NCBI RefSeq assembly: GCF_000315625.1
Contig: NW_005434636.1
Span: 331,298-395,297, forward strand
DNA length: 64,000 bases
Source: Guillardia theta CCMP2712
Lineage: Eukaryota > Protista > Cryptophyta
Direction: 5' to 3'
A program made the position numbers and the translations under genes. Shown here piece by piece: positions 1 to 14,129 of this stretch (positions are counted from its first letter, which is position 1; the number at the start of each line of letters is the position of its first letter). The notes below the pieces were generated by a model. It was not told the origin of the DNA. It made no database searches and saw only the letters and a list, made by a program, of their open reading frames with translations.

Positions 1-2017
<2,017 letters not shown>

Positions 2018-2225
2018 GCTACATGTTTGCATCACATCTATTCTTTCATTAAAGTCTTGTTCTCATCTTTCTCGCATGACCTCTGAGGTCCAGCCAAACT
2101 TTCCTCGTCTCCCCACCCTCTCCCTCCTCCTGTCCATCCACTCACCTTGCCTCAACACGAATGTTGTTTCCCATTCCCGCGCCTCTCTCCACCGCCCTCC
2201 TCCCCTTCGCTCTCCCCGAACCTTC

Positions 2226-3136
2226 TCAGATGCCATTCAGAGTCTCGAGCTTGTTCTGGTAAGCCTGGGAGTACAACTTGGCGGCGGCAGAGAACGGACT
2301 CTCAACTGCATGCTCGTGAGTGGAGGAGGAGGAGGAGGAGGAGGAGGAGGAGGACCATTGATGTCCCTGAACGCGGAGATCTGACAAAACTCCAGAGAGT
2401 TGTTCCTTGCAAACTCTGCTCCTTCGGTGGTATGGACCTGACACAGGAATCAACGACGACAGGGCTGGAGGGCTGCCACCTTGACACGATCTTCCAGGTC
2501 AACCTTGTTGGCAACGACCCTGCAGAGAGATGTTGAGTCAAGTGCACATTGAGAAAGAGATCAACGTACACTCCAGGGAGAACTTTTTCCGGACACTTCT
2601 TTCGCACTGGAGACAAAGTCAGGTTCCACTCCCTAAAGAAGAGGAATGTACCGAGGTCTAGCCATTCGCCCAGGTTTTGAAAGGATTCTGGTTTCGTCAC
2701 ATCGTAGACAAAGATGACAATGTTGGAGTTCTTCCACTGCAAACCACTGTCATTCTTCGAAGGCACCTTCTCACTTGGTTACGTATTGACTTGTTAGGTC
2801 TTTGAAAACTGACTGGCCCGCACAGTCATAGATGTGAAGCTCTACAGTGTAGTCACTCTCTGGCACTTTGATTTCCTTCATCACGAAATCACATCCTGCT
2901 CCACTTCATGAGAACGAACAACGCAACGATATGCTCAACGGTCGATTGCCTGTGGTCATGTTGTATTGCCGAGGATAGTGCGACCCTTTGCTGTGAAACA
3001 TCTGCACAATCGCGCTCTTCCCAACCCCAGCATCGCCTGATGTGTGCATCAAACCGCAAGGCCAATGAATCTATGTTGGATCACCGACAACGATCACTTT
3101 GCATCGCAAGAGGACTCCGAAGTTGGCAGAACTCAT
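2226..3136 (-). CDS. IFT27: Intraflagellar transport protein 27 (RabL4 small GTPase), multi-exon
   Basis: Spliced MSSANFGVLLRCKVIVVG|DAGVGKSAIVQMFHSKGSHYPRQYNMTT|GCDFVMKEIKVPESDYTVELHIYDCAGQ, then IFVYDVT, ANKVDL and a C-terminal VESPF...KLYSQAYQNKL. P-loop, DxAGQ and NKxD are present, there is no prenylation Cys, and the QMFHS..Y.MT motif is typical of IFT27. Confidence 0.85.
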
Positions 3137-3514
3137 TGCGGCTGATATTTCAACGGTCCCTCAGGATGCTGTTTTCCGCCAGACGAAGCGAGAAGATTCT
3201 TCCTTATGTTTCACCTGCAAAGGAAAACGTAAATCACGTGTCATGGAAGAAGCACTTTTCTTTACTCAAACTTTTCAGTCCGTCCTTCAATTTCCGATCC
3301 CCAGTTCCTCCATCCTTTCCCCTTCTTCGACCCATCTATTTCTTCTTTGCTACCTAGCTGCCTCCTCCCTTTCGACCTCTATCCTTCTCCTTGCCCTCTT
3401 CTCCTTCCCCGCACGCCTCCCTCTCCTCCCTCCCGCCACCATATTTCGAACAACCGAACTAATCTCAGTCAGCTCAACCAATTAGCATTGAAAGTCCTCT
3501 TTCTAATTCAGTTT

Positions 3515-4245
3515 TGCCGCTCGGCCGCGGCGCCGCCGGCCGCGCCCGGGCCTCGCGGCGGCCGCCTGACCGTCCGTGAGTCCGGGCCCACCAAGTGACG
3601 GAGCACAAGTTTGTTAGACTTGTACTGTGCCAAGTAATATTCAACGAGGCAAGACAGCATCATGACATCAACTTAAACCGGGCCCCGGGCCCGGCCAAGC
3701 TTCCCTGAGTCCGTCCAGACATGTGAGAGGAGGCTTACGCGGCAAGACGGCTAGGAAGACCCCTGCGATGGCCGGGCAAGACCGTGGCAGACTCTCCTGA
3801 GGAGCTTCCGCCGATCCGATCCGATCGGTGATGATCCGGGCCTCCCTGAGTTGTGACAGTAACTTAGCATCTCAGTACTTCAACACTCAGTGACTGCCGA
3901 CTCAATCCGAGACGGTCGGCCGGGGCCCGGGGCGGCCGCGGGGCCCAGCCAGCCCGGCCCGGGCTGACTCGCGGCAGTACCGTACGACGACGGTACCGGC
4001 GTGACGGCCGACCCGGACTTGAATTGCCGCATCATGGTCATGACAACAGAGAGACTCTGGCAGATGTCACACGCCTACCGTCGTACGGTGTACAGTACGG
4101 TACCGGAGCCCGGAGCCGGGTCGGACAGTCACGCCGGGTCACGACGGCCGGGCGGCAAGCCTCCGGACGCCGGCCGGGCCCGGGCCGGCCTCACAGTCAC
4201 AGTGGCCCTCATCCAGGCAGTCACGCTTGTCCGTAACGCTACCAC
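3515..4245. promoter_or_regulatory. GC-rich palindromic intergenic island between divergent IFT27 and F-box genes
   Basis: Dense GGCCCGGGCC/CCGG/GGCC palindromes, (CCGAT)n, GTAC and TGAGT/GACT words. No credible ORF. Confidence 0.45.
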
Positions 4246-4258
4246 GCCATTTTGAAAA

Positions 4259-5733
4259 ATGGAAACAGCGATGTAAGTTTGGGATACGGTCGAAGGGGAG
4301 GAAGAGAGAGATGGGAATGGAGGAGGATCTCCTCAAAAATGTCATTTGTGACATTCAGATGCGATTTCAATTGATGACTTTTCATCAGTTTGAACTTTGA
4401 GATGCTTGAAGTCTTTCCAGAGGTGACATCAACAATTTTGCTGTCAAACCTTACATGCATGGCAGTTGATTCAAATGATATCAAAACATCTCGATTGCGA
4501 AGGGATTCGAAAATTTGCCTCCGTCAACAAATTGTGATGCAATGTTGTAAACTATCAGCTCAAAGATGTGATAACTTGCAGGATCCGAGAAATGACCTAC
4601 TCCGCTGTGGTGGTTGCCCAATATCAAGAAACACGAATCTTCTTGAAAGGTTGGTCATGAAGTTGCAGTGAGCTTTTTGAATGATTCTTTTCTCCAGGGC
4701 TGTTTCAATCGTTCCAAGAATATGCATTAAAGGATGGTCATATGTATTCTAACAAAATGAAATGCAAAGTATTCAAGGCAACAATTGAGGACATCTGTTC
4801 TTCAGTTGAGATGAATGTGAGTCATCTAATTCAAGCTCATCTTTTGATTTTTGTGGTCAGGATAACTTAGGATTCTTGATGGATAAGTGCTTGGAGACTG
4901 AAAAATGCACACAATATGTTCGATTGCCAAATCTTCTTTCTACAAGTATGAAACATCAACTCAATGACAGAGAGAAACGAGTCATAGCGTTGGTAAGTCG
5001 GTGCAAATTACAACAAATACATTCCTCAGATTTCTTCCGACAGGGAATTCCAATTCAGAAAAGGGTAAGATGCAAGTTTAGCATCAAGAAGCAGAAGCTT
5101 GGGAGGTTCCAAAGTGCTCTATGCGAAGACTGCAAGAAGTACGCTTGCATATTGTGCGAGGACATCTCCACATGTAGCACATGCGCCACCTCGAAATGTT
5201 CGTCTTGCAGGTAAGAGATGGAGGAGTTGCGAGTCTGCAGAGAAATCTGAACGTTCCGCTGAAGGGATTCGGAAACTTTCTTTGTCCGGTGCGATTGCTG
5301 TGAACGTGTAACTTGCCAGAATTGTGCCATGGCCGACAGGTTGAATTGCCACAACTGCTGTATCTATGTCGCTGACAGAATGGCAGCTCAAGGTGTCCGA
5401 GTTGCCCCTTCTTCTCACAGTTGTGTTCAAAGTGCACGCACATGCCACATTGCGAGATCTGCGGGCTCCATTGCAAAAAGCCTCCAAGGTGAATCATCGA
5501 GGATGGAATGCAAGAATGAAAGTCTGATCAGTCCCTCTCTTAGGGTCTGTGAGTCCTGCGGAGTTTCTTCGTGCGATTCTTGCATTCCCTTGTCATCTGT
5601 CTGCATGGTAAGTCCGCCTTCTTTGACCAGCTTCTGGTTCCCCCTTGACTCTCGTGCCAGCAATGTGGTCAGTACAGTCTCTGGTAGATGTACCTTCAAT
5701 AAACTCCAGTTGACTTGCTTTTGTGTCCTTTGA
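4259..5733 (+). CDS. F-box protein with C-terminal tandem CxxC (zinc-binding) region, multi-exon; 3' end approximate
   Basis: Spliced METAI|LNFEMLEVFPE|LIQMISKHLDCEGIRKFASVNK fits the F-box consensus. Downstream pairs include CEDC, CILC, CSTC, CSSC, CDCC, CQNC, CPSC, CSKC, CEIC, CESC and CDSC. Confidence 0.6.
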
Positions 5734-5736
5734 CGT

Positions 5737-8700
5737 TCAGCTCACTGATGAATTGAATTCCTCCGATTCTTGTCCCGATTGATTGATTTCATTGCTGCTC
5801 TGTTCGACTTCCTCCTTGTCTTCCTTCTGTTTCTGCCCTTGGCTTTCTGCACCCTCCTTCTCCTTGCCTTCCTGGTTCTGTACGTACTCGTCTTGCTCCT
5901 CCTTTTCAATCTTCTCCTCCTCAGCTTCTTGTTTCCTCTCTTTGACCTCGACCTCATCGTTCAGATGCTTCTGCGATTTACCTTGCAAGGTCGCTCCTCG
6001 CAGAAAGTCTCTGATCACCAGCGCATGCTTGATCTCCTGAATCTCGAGGATCCGAGCTTTCCTTGCGTCCCGCAGCTTCTGGGGGATGATAGAAGGCATC
6101 CTCCACAAGGCGATGGTGAACATCAAGTCCTCCCACGAGACTGGAGGTACATGTCAGGACCTGCTCACAATGGATATCCGAGCAGACAATGTTACCCGCG
6201 TTTTGGAATTCTTCTGTCTTCTTCCACGCGAAGTTGAAGTCGAACTGCTTGAGGGCAGCGACGTCAGGGTTGAGGGCACCAGAGGATTGGGGGGTGATGT
6301 AAGAGATGAAACTGTTCTTGCCCTTGTTCCCCTTGCTCGAGTTTCTCTCCCGCATGATCAAGTGAAGTTCCGCGCGGATGAACTTGAGGTAAGTTCGGTT
6401 CATCCTCTGATTCGTCTGCCTCCTAGCAGACAGACTAGCAAACCCCATCGGAACAGGTAGATCACGCATGAAGGGCTCGAGACAGTTGACTGGCAGCCGT
6501 CCCGTCCCCTTATCATACCTGCGAAAGATGTCTGCGTAGTGCTGGACCTGAGGGAAGGTGATAGTCAAAGGACAGAACAGAAGCAATGAGAGCAGACCTG
6601 ATTGATCCCCTCGCTTTCCTCCACCTCTTCATCAACGTCGGTTGACGCTTCTTGTATGACAAAAGAAAAGTTGTCGAGAATCATTCCAACAAACAGATTG
6701 ATTAGCATCCCTTCGCATATTAGCTTGAAGCAAACGAAGTATATCGCCGTTCCAGTCTTGTAAAATCCACAGTCACCAAAACTGTAGTTCTTTCCGCTGT
6801 AGCCAACGATATAATCTGAGCTGAACTGATAAGTACAGAAAGGTGGCAGAATACTGAGATCCTCCAGCATCTCCTGCCATTCATCTCCAGTCAAAATCTG
6901 CAGACTGGTGACAAACGAGGAGCCGAGAGTGTCGAAGTTAGCCGTTGGGCCGATCCTGACTCCACTGCGTGTGAGGCCGAAGAGCTGTACTGCTACAGCA
7001 GCGAAGATGATGTAGATGAGAAAGAGCATTGAGATGACGTTGATGAATTGAGGTAGACATAGGAGAAAAGTTTCGAGAATCACTCGTACCGGTCGAATCT
7101 GATTGAGCAGTCGAAAAACTCGAACAAGCCGCAATCCTTTGAGAAATTGCAGGTATGACGCCGTGTTGCCTGACAGTAGCATAAAGGAGGTCAGGACTAT
7201 GCCCAAGTCAAAGATTCGCCATCGGTCGATGAAGAATCCTTTCAACCCATACGCGAGAAAGTTCATGGCAACTTCAATCCCTAGCAGAATGTAGGTACAA
7301 ATATTCTGCCAGTAGATCATCTTGCTCAAAAGATCGCTAGCATCCGAATGGTCCGCTAGCATAAACCCGACATTGACAGCAATGAAGAATAGCGATGTTG
7401 CCTTAAAGGTTTGAGTTTCAACAATCTTACGGATCTTCACCGTAGATTTTGGGTACTTGTGGGCAGTGACTTTCGGCTTGTAGAGTTGAACTCTTAGAAT
7501 AAAGTTGTAGAGGTCTTTTTCCGCAGATGATGTTCCCTTGTTGACAGTGAAAGCATCTACAATGAAGCCAATCATTAGGTTCCAGATAAAGAAAGACCCG
7601 ATAGCTATGTATATCACGAAAAAAAATGCATTTTCAGAGTGCGCATCCTGCAAAGGACTTGTATCCACAGTTGTAACATCCATTGCACTTTGCATGACGG
7701 AGACATACTTGATTGTTGTGACTTTGAACAAAGTCAAAGCTGAAGTCCAAAAGTTGTCAAAATTGTGCCGCTGGTTAGTCCATGAGCTAGCGTACAGTAT
7801 CCTGTTATTGCTGTTAACGAAAGTTCCACTGCAGCTCGCTTTCCCTAGCGGGTAACTCACACTCGGATCCGAGCAGCTGAAAAATTTTCCACCAAACAAA
7901 CCCATAGCAACTATTCCAAAGGCTGAGATTATGAAGCCCAAGAAAAAGAAGATGTAACAGAGAGGCACCAGTGACAGAACAAGTGCATTAATCGTGTTTC
8001 TCATACCCCTGTTCTGCTTCATGACTCTCAGAGGCCTCAACGCTCTTACAAGCCTCAAAATCTTTGCATTTGAAAGCGACTGGAATTTCACTAAATTTTG
8101 GAGCCAGGAGACGCAGAGTACAACAAAGTCCAAGACATTCCAAGGGGATCGGAGATAGGCTCCCTCTGAGAAAATGAAACCAACATTCATGATCCTGATA
8201 AAGCTCTCTACCGAAAAAATGATGTTGAATATCAAATCTGTGATACGGGAAATCGAAGGGCTAATGAGATACGGATAGTTTGGAATATCATCATATGGAG
8301 CTAGAGTGAATAAAAACACGCAACTGCAGATTATGCAAACCAAAACAAACCCTTCGAAGATTTCCGATTCACCAATCCGTATGAAAATCCGGCGAAATAG
8401 CATTGACTTAGGAAAGATGAAACAGGCGTAGTCAGCGTAAAGCCTTTTTCCTTCGTCATCTTCGACCATAGACCCTTCTACTGTGCTCGAGTTAGACTGA
8501 TACAGCACAAGCTTCGACGACAAGCCTCGCTGAACTGCCACCTCAAAAGCTGATATTTTCGTAGAATCCTTTCCAAAACTTTGATCCTCCTGCAAAGATT
8601 CCTGTTTCGAAGTTCCTGGAAAAGAGTCAATCATACACTCAACAAACCCTCATCATTTGTACCGTCACCTGCTGGCATGTCTCCAACCAAACTCACAGTC

Positions 8701-11700
8701 GGTAACTTCTCTTCCACCTGTGAATCGCTTTCTACAATCGAACTAGGCTGAATGACCTCTTCTGGTCGCACGCGAGATCTGTCGCTGTCATGTGGCAGAA
8801 CTGGAAATCTCTTTCGAGCTTTCCTCAAGTTCGAGAAAGTCTTCGCAAACATAGATCTGAGAGACTGAATAGCTTGCGATGCCTCTTCATTTTCTTTCTT
8901 GAAAGTGACATCGAAGGTGAAGTTTTGAATGATGATGGCCACCAACAGATTGATAAGCAGAATCTGCGAAAGAGTCAACGCACTTGGGCTTACGTAATCA
9001 ACAATCACCTGACAGAAAAAAAGTACAAAATAGACAAAGAATGCTGCTGAGAGCTGCCCAACGAATGTTTCTTTTACATGAATCGCGCTGTAAAGTATTC
9101 TGGACCAAGAGTCACCGGCAGTGAGCTGGAAGATGGTCAGGAAGGCATAACCAACGCTGGAGAAGTTCGAACGGGATATCGCGTCCAAAGTGTCTCCAAA
9201 AAGGAACCTTCCAATCGTTGCAAACGAGATCATCCAAACCAAGCAGAACACTGCAAGATTCAAAAATGATCCGAGACTGTTGACAGAAGTTGATAACAGG
9301 CCCTTAAGCAATGGAAAGTGTCTGCATAGTCGAAAAATCCTGAACGACTGCGAGAATTTGAAGAAATCTCCTGTAGAAGGAGATAACCCAGTGAATCCGA
9401 GAAGAAGCAGTAAGAGATCAATTCGAGCTCTCCATAAAAACCTTAAAAAGCTTCTGCATTCGATGAAAAACAACCAAGCATCGACTGTGTACACGAATAT
9501 ACAAACCACAATGATTGCAAAATAAATACTAGAATGAGATGCAGAGGCTTCGTACGTATCCAATCCGAGGATGATGACATGTGCAATGACAACCAACGAC
9601 AGAAAATGCTGATATATTGCATTAGTTCGCACAGCTTTTGCAGCCTCGAGTAGAAGCTTTTCATCATAATTCATTTGAGCATTTATAGATGGATGAAATG
9701 CCAAGTTTTCGAATTCATTGTAGACACCAGAATAACTTTTGATTCTACAGACAACTGGTCAGTAAATATGCAATCAAATAAATATCTTCACCGTTCATTA
9801 TCCGGCAAACTCAATGGAAGTCTGTTCGAAGCGTCTTCAATGATAATGGATGGCTGAATACGTCGGAATGTCTCTGTCACAATACCCACGAAGAATCCCA
9901 AATCCATCCAGTGGCATAAAATAAGGATAAAAGGATAAAACAAAAATGTAATGAACCATACTTGATACTGGCTTTGATAGGAAAACCAAAGGACATCATA
10001 TGCATTGTCAGGAAATATCCACTGCGATATCGCAAGAACGGCTCCGAAAAAGTGATCAAAGTGCATCAGACCGAAGTAACCAAACTGCAAAACATTTGGA
10101 GGTGTCAATCATCTTTACAATCACACAGGCAATCACTTACATCCTCAACATTTCCTACTGTCTCGCACATTTGAGTGACTGCGGCTTGACCTTGCTGTAA
10201 GAAAAGACTCATTTGACAGGTGTGATATCTGCCTTTGTGATCTAGAGGATATTGTCCATCATACTGTCCGGGCGTTGAGTTCTGTAAAATATCGCACATC
10301 TTGAAAAACTGATATCCTCCGGTAACGCTCACATTCCAAGGTTCCACACTAAAGCCATAACTGGAAACTAAAGGAGCTTGGCATGCAGGACTCCAGCTTT
10401 GAGTTGAAACAGCTGTACATGCAAAGTTTTCGATGAGAACTTGTACACACCTGTTAAATCATAACGTCAAAAGAAACAGTCAAAGCTTTGAAAATGTAAA
10501 AACCTCCTTCGGAAAGCAGATTGGTATACTGATACTCCAAATATGGCAAAAGTAAAGACAAAGCAGACAAGAATCAGAAGTGCACTCCACATTTGGCTCA
10601 ACCCAACATCAAGTGTCAAAACCATCCATTTCAGCTTTTCGAATGAGTTCATCACTCGTAGCAGCCTAAAAACCCTCAAAAAGCGAAATGAAGCAAAAGA
10701 TATGCCTGTTATACTGTCGACACATCAAAACGTTTCTGAAAAAAAATTAAGTTTACCTGAAGAGCGACAGGATGATATCCACCACACCAGCAACCAAAAC
10801 GAGAAAATCGATTGTGTGGAACTTGGACTTTCTAAGATAATAATGTGCATCATTGAAGCACCCCATAGCGATGCAGCCAACCAAAATTTCAATTCCGAGG
10901 AAACCGAAAAGAATAATGTTCAGCAAGTTGAATCTCGCCAACCAGTTGTATCGAACATCATAGGTCCTTGCATCCATATTATGAGACCCTGCATGATCTG
11001 TAGATAGAAATGCAATTGCTGATGCCCCCAGTCCATGCAAAACAGCGAGAAAAAAGTGAAAAGTTACCCAATACTTGTTATCAAAAACTTTCAGACAAAA
11101 CATTCGGAAGCGACTTTCCTTAGGAAATCCAGGAAAGCGTATGTCCCAGAAGCTGAGTGAAAAACTGGATGAGGCTATTCCTTCAAATTTTTGATAAGGA
11201 TCTGTCGACAAAGGGAAGGTTTTTTCTGGATTTGCATCAGGAGCTTGACGCAGGGAGTTCCCCCTAAAACTTGTCGTATTTTTCGCCTCTTCTTCGCTCG
11301 ATTTGCTCAGACTACGTTTTAATGTTGCATGCGACTTTGTTTCCAGATCAGCCAAATCTATGATCTCCAAATCAGCATCGACTCTTAGTTTCTCACGAGA
11401 TACAGGTCCCACTGCATTCTGTTCCAGTTGACGGTTTTCTTTTTCTTCAACTTCGTCAGCCTCGTCAGATTTTGCGACAGGATTGTTCTCCGATAGGTTT
11501 ATGTTAGGAGCCTGAGCACCTTCGAGCATGGTTGCCCTGATAGATCTAGAAGACTGTTGCCCTGTTAGTGCTTGATGAGGGCGCGGAGTCGACCCCTTGA
11601 AAACGCCTCCTGATCTCTATCATAAGCATACGGGAACGAACAAGCACAGCTATTACCGTTAGAAGGTTGTACAGAGTTCATACCTTCAAGGGCCTTTTGC

Positions 11701-11839
11701 TTCTCAATCAAGGCGTCGAGCAGCGCTTTTGCCTGATACGATGTCACCGCTTTTGTTACGGTTTCCAGCTGCAGTAGCGGATTCTCACCTCTCGCAGCAT
11801 TTCATCCCTCCAGGGCTCAGAATCCTTGGAATCTGACAT
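5737..11839 (-). CDS. Four-domain (24-TM) voltage-gated cation channel alpha subunit of the Nav/Cav/NALCN superfamily, multi-exon
   Basis: Four S4 segments (RFLRVFRLLR; KFSQSFRIFRLCR; KILRLVRALRPLR; KGLRLVRVFR), YLRSPWNVLDF in DIII, and four P-loops. S6 ends are NLLVAIIIQNF, NLMIGFIVDAF and NLFVGMILDNF, followed by the C-terminal EF-hand-like IFRRYD...FMRDLPVPMGF. Confidence 0.93.
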
Positions 11840-12325
11840 GGTGGTCTTGAACTCCCAGAGCCAGTTAACAAAGTTTCCTGCTATTTAAGATGAAGTTCCT
11901 GATGTTCAGAAATGCGGATGAACTTGCGCGGTTGCAGCCGTTTCACCATCCTATCTTGTAACATGTGTATCGGAGCATGGAATCTTACCCCCGCGGCGAG
12001 AAGGTGCAAGGGAGAGGGAAGAGTGACACGTGTTATCAAGAAGAGAAAGACGAGGTCTGCTACAAACTCGCAACATTTTCCCGCTTCACCACTGACCCAT
12101 GGCGCTGGAGTTTGCTGGACATTTCCACAAATTCACTGACACAGATCTGATACACAAAAGCAAACTCTTTCAAGTCGGCATCAAGATTTCCCCGAGGCGG
12201 GCTTACACATAAAGAGAGGAGTACAACATGCTAGGTTTCAGCTTCGAAAGGCGCGTATGATGCTGGTTGAAAAGGAGAGAACAGGATCATGCATCAGGAA
12301 GTTGTAGTAGCTGACATCCACAGCA

Positions 12326-13598
12326 ATGAAGAAATGGATTAAGGATGGTGGAAAGAGCTTCTTCTCTGCGCTCACAGCCCACCGCGGAGGCAGTCAGGAA
12401 GCCGATGATGCAGGAGGAGATTCGGATCCAGAATTTCCCTCCAACACCTCTGGGTCGATAAATTCTCAGCCCAAAAAGATGACAGCTGGATCGAGAGTAC
12501 TTGTGCCTTCCACCACCAAACAGACCAAGTCACAATTCGAGGATTATCTGAATCAAAGTGCTGTTTCAGTTTTAGAAGGAGATTTGATGAAGAGAAAGGG
12601 TCGTGGAATAGGTAAAGCTTGGGTTCGGCAACATTTTGTTCTTCGTAAGGACGCTTTATATTACGGACCATGCACCGGGTTCACGTACAAAGAGAAGAAG
12701 ATTGCTCTCTCTCGTGTTCACATTGGCTCGGCAGAACATTACACCAACAAGGTGGGCATGTCTCTTCCAGTTTTCAACCGTGTATGTTGATATGTTGATT
12801 TGGCTTCCAGGAAAATGCATTTGGTGTCCTTGATTCTTCGTCAAAGTCACTGCATGTCATGTCTGCTGAAAGCGAAAGGAGCATGATCGAATGGGTGAAA
12901 ACTTTGATTGCGGTACAAGTTGCTTTGGAGAACAGGTACAAACCTCAAAACGCTGCGCGGCCAAGATCAGCGCTTCAGAGCAGCAGGAATCAAAAGTGAT
13001 TGAGATCCATGCGTGTCTCAATTACCTAATTGCCCCTTTGGTAGACATCCCGAGATTCCATCTTTGCCAAATCTCTTAAAGAAACACACTGCAAAACAAA
13101 GTGCAGCACAAGACAGCCTGCAAGATCAAGATGAAATGATTTTGAAGACCAACCGAGAATGCAACAGATCTACGGACCACTTAACAGATAGCAGCGAAGA
13201 CGAGACCTTCACTAGACCATCAGTGAGCAAGAATGTGGAAAGGTTCTTCGTTTCTTCCGTATCGGAAACAAGGTCCTGACTTGCATATATTAATTGCAGG
13301 GGAGACTTAGAAGGACTACAGGAAGCACTGTTCAATCTAGATTTATCCAAGGCCTATGCTTTCATTGATGTGAGATCACTGAGCATGACGGCATCATTGA
13401 GTTTCTTATTCCTTGGGTCAGGAAGGTGTGGACCCTGCTTTACTTGATTTTGGGAGAGTTCCCACAATGTTGTATGAGAAAGAACTGATTGCGATGAAAA
13501 AGATGGGATTCATGGATCAGAATAGAAACTGCCTGGTGCTTTTACAATGCAAAGGCAAACTAGATGCTGCGGTAATCAAGTTATCACGGGATCGCTAA
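12326..13598 (+). CDS. PH-domain protein with C-terminal UBA domain, multi-exon
   Basis: PH: LEGDLMKRKGRGIGKAWVRQHFVLRKDALYY...|ENAFGV...MSAESERSMIEWVKTL. UBA: ELIAMKKMGFMDQNRNCLVLLQCKGKLDAAVIKL. Confidence 0.8.
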
Positions 13599-13706
13599 CA
13601 TAGTCTCTGTATTCATATTGATTACATGGAATATAAAAAATGTCGACAAACAAGAATTCGCAAAACAAAAAAATCACGACGACATCTTCAGGTCAAACTC
13701 TGCAAC

Positions 13707-14129
13707 TTAGCACAGCATTGAAGGGCACTCAGGGGGGTTGCTGTCAGCGTCCTGGTCATTGCCTACACCAGAAAAAAGATTAGATTTGAACAACCTACGT
13801 TCATGCCTCCAGCTTATTACCAAGTGCAAGAGGATCTGCTCCCCAGCTGGCCTCCCATTCTCCAAAGTACACGGGGGGTTGCTCATGGTGCATGTACTGT
13901 TGCAGAAAATGTCATCCGACAAAGATAATCGATAATTTTCTTGCAATCATCTTGAAGTTTCAAGACAAAGTCCAGCAAACACAAAGCACGTTCAATCCTC
14001 AAAATTTCACTCTACCTCCATGTTGTACGCCCACAAGCTCTGCCGCATCTCCTGATAGTTCTTCAGCGTTCCGAACATTTTCGTCCTGGTCCAGAAATAG
14101 GTCGAACCCTCATCCCCGCTCGTCTTCAT
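13707..14129 (-). CDS. Small (~80 aa) hypothetical protein, 3 exons
   Basis: GT..AG splicing gives MKTSGDEGSTYFWTRTKMFGTLKNYQEMRQSLWAYNME|YMHHEQPPVYFGEWEASWGADPLAL|GNDQDADSNPPECPSMLC*. No homology recognised. Confidence 0.5.
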
